DNA of 64,000 nucleotides, taken from assembly GCA_965214705.1 (NCBI GenBank), contig CBDCCI010000002.1, positions 1,472,001 to 1,536,000 of the forward strand, written 5' to 3'. The notes below the pieces were generated by a model. It was not told the origin of the DNA. It made no database searches and was given only the letters and a program-made list of their open reading frames with translations. This DNA comes from Alphaproteobacteria bacterium. GTDB taxonomy: Bacteria > Pseudomonadota > Alphaproteobacteria > UBA828. Each line of letters begins with the position of its first letter. Position 1 is the stretch's first letter. The translations under genes and the position numbers were made by a program. Below are positions 61,885 through 64,000 of this stretch, piece after piece.

Positions 61885-63570
61885 CTTCTCTCTAAGCCGT
61901 TGACATAGAGGCATTTGTGTTTTTGTTGTCGTCGTCGATCTCGACCAGTTGGAAGCCGAGCTTCTTGGCCTGTCGACGGAGCGAAGAGAACTTTCGGTCC
62001 AGGCGTCGGCTCTCGTAGACCTCCATCCCCTTCTCGGCATATTGCTGGCCGCGGGTCACCATCAGGTAGATCAGGCAGGCGAGTTCTCGGGCGGTGGCGA
62101 CAACGGCTACGCTGGTGTCCATCCGGGCGAGGCGGCTGCGGTGCTTGGCGCCGATGAAGGTTTGGCTGGTGCGAGCGGTCATGGCCGCCATGCGCAGTGC
62201 CTGGCCAACGCGGTTGACCACCTTGGGCCCCCGGCCCGGCAACGGTTTGCCGCCGCTGATCCTGGTCCCAGGCGCCAGCCCCAGCCAGGAACTGAAGTGC
62301 TGTGCGGAGGGAAAGGCGGAGAAGTCAGGACCGATCTCGGCGGCGATCACCAGGGCAGTGTTGACGCCGACGGTGGGGATTGCGGTGAGATCGACCCCCA
62401 TCATCTTATGCAGCGCCATAGCCATGGCCTTATCCTGCCCGCGGAGCGCCCTGCCGCTGCTGCTTGGGGTCTCGTTCGACGCCGTGCCCGATGATCCGAC
62501 ACTGGGAGTGTCCTCGGGCGTACCCTCATCCGTCGGATCGTCCGGCGGGGTCAGGTGCTCAACCTCCGCCATGATCCGCGCCTCGCAGTCCGCGATCTGC
62601 TGCTCCAGAAAGTCGTAGCGCTGCATCGCCTGCTCAAGCGCGAACAGGTGCTCCTCGCGCCAAGTGCCCTCCAGGCTCGCGGCAATCGTGTCGGCGCTGG
62701 CCTTGATCCGCCTGTCGCGAAGCGACGCCAGCCGCCCGGGGTCGCGCTCGCCGGCGATGATCGCCCGCAGGATGCGCTCACCCGTCTTCCCCATGATATC
62801 GCTGATCACCGAGTCCAGACGCACGTTCATCTGGGTCAGCGCCTTCTGCATATGCAGCACGCAGCGAGAGCGGTCCTCGATCAACTGCTTCGCCTGGCGC
62901 ATGAAGGAGCGCAACGGGCAGATCGCGTCGCCCGGCCGGAAGGCGCCGCGCAGAAGGCCGTAGGACATCAGCTGCCAGATCCACTGGCAGTCCAGCACAT
63001 CGCTCTTGCGCCCGCCGATCTGCTTCGTCATCCGGGGCGGCACAAGCATCACCTCGAAGCCGGCTCGATCCAGGACCTCGTAAACCGGGATCCAGTAGAC
63101 CGAGGTCGACTCCATCGCCACCTTCGTCACACCGCACGACTTCAGCCACTCGGCCATCGCATCCAGGTCGCGCGTGAACGCGCCGAACTCCCTCACCGGT
63201 TCCTCGGCTCGCTCCGGATCCACCGCCACGAAGTGCCGGTCCTTGCCGATGTCGATCCCGGCGCAATTCGGGTGCACTACCTTGAGGCGCTGCCTCCTTC
63301 TCCGCTTGCGCGCCATCGAGAGCCCTCCCAAACTCCGTTGACGTTGCGGGTGGGGAGGAACCGCGGCGAAGTCTCAATCTCTTGAACGAGGTCACGGGCG
63401 AACCCGCGCCATCAGTGACAGAAGCCGATCACGGTTCGGGCCAAGCTTCCAAACGGGTGCCCTCGCACGCCACTGAAGGGACGGCCTCGTCTGCCCTACC
63501 CGCTACCACTTCACGCTTCAACCGTCGAAGACTCAACCCCAGTCGAAGACTCTACCCCCAGTTACTTCAG
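61873..63570 (-). mobile_element. IS110-family element (ends approximate)
   Basis: Transposase plus ~250-nt upstream non-coding end; short sub-terminal inverted motif AGTAACT (61880-86) / AGTTACT (63560-66). Confidence 0.7.
61892..63316 (-). CDS. IS110-family DEDD recombinase/transposase
   Basis: AGIDIG, MESTSVYW, KSDVLD, AEIG..F, WLGLAPG..ISGG; GGAGGG upstream of ATG 63316. Confidence 0.93.
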   Translation of the reverse strand: MARKRRRRQRLKVVHPNCAGIDIGKDRHFVAVDPERAEEPVREFGAFTRDLDAMAEWLKSCGVTKVAMESTSVYWIPVYEVLDRAGFEVMLVPPRMTKQIGGRKSDVLDCQWIWQLMSYGLLRGAFRPGDAICPLRSFMRQAKQLIEDRSRCVLHMQKALTQMNVRLDSVISDIMGKTGERILRAIIAGERDPGRLASLRDRRIKASADTIAASLEGTWREEHLFALEQAMQRYDFLEQQIADCEARIMAEVEHLTPPDDPTDEGTPEDTPSVGSSGTASNETPSSSGRALRGQDKAMAMALHKMMGVDLTAIPTVGVNTALVIAAEIGPDFSAFPSAQHFSSWLGLAPGTRISGGKPLPGRGPKVVNRVGQALRMAAMTARTSQTFIGAKHRSRLARMDTSVAVVATARELACLIYLMVTRGQQYAEKGMEVYESRRLDRKFSSLRRQAKKLGFQLVEIDDDNKNTNASMSTA

Positions 63571-64000
63571 CGACTGAGCCGCTGCGCCGCAGTGGTGGTG
63601 GCTTCCAACTGAGCCGGCGCAGGCGGTTCCGCCGTCGCCACCTGTACCCTCCTTGGGCCCTGGACCATGGTGCGGTGCTCGGCGGGCAGCGGCCGCGTCA
63701 TGATCGCGCCATGTGGAACGAGGGCGAGCGGCGCGCGATGGTTTCGGCAAAGGGGCGTTTCCCGGTCGAGGGGCCGCCGCTCGCGCCGGCGGCCGCCCGT
63801 CCGGCAATCCCTGACTTGTCTCACGCATCCCGCCTAATCCCGGCGTGTCTCGCCTCAAATTTTTGTTTCGCGTCCCATGTCCTTGGCGCGGGCCGGCATC
63901 GTCGATCCAGGCGCACCCGTCTGGATTACGAGGTCTGCCCCCGTCGCGAGCTTGCGTCGGTCCTGCTTTGACAAGAAAATGATGGGCATTGCGGCTGCAG

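Noticed and set aside
63571-64000. Short ORFs at the window end
   Set aside because: No recognisable motifs or clear RBS; a gene may begin near 63979 but cannot be supported.

Overview
A GC-rich chromosomal segment, most likely from an alphaproteobacterium (rplM-rpsI-argC order, petABC, NADP-type icd, an alphaproteobacterial palindromic repeat). The core genes (argC, rpsI, rplM, petABC, fhs, icd, korAB, tesA/ybbAP, thpR) are interleaved with accessory material. Three insertion sequences are present. An ISKra4-type element with an 8-bp target duplication splits the 5' end of an unusually long UxaA-family dehydratase gene and supplies a replacement in-frame start. An IS5/IS1182-like element with a 4-bp duplication interrupts the nuclease domain of an MmeI-like restriction-modification gene, which also carries a 5-bp frameshifting duplication but keeps an open methyltransferase frame. 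An IS110 element has a candidate bridge-RNA region. Other accessory content includes a 14-kb catabolic cluster (peptidase, acyl-CoA ligase, crotonase, ABC importer, omega-aminotransferase, hydantoinase/oxoprolinase A+B), a HigBA module, and several surface proteins, one a very large acidic-repeat LysM protein. The best candidate for an undescribed system is a solitary NYN-domain RNase gene with a Zn-ribbon, preceded by a promoter, a ~90-nt structured RNA and an intrinsic terminator; this is the layout of type III (RNA-antitoxin) toxin-antitoxin modules. All calls come from reading motifs by eye; no database searches were run.
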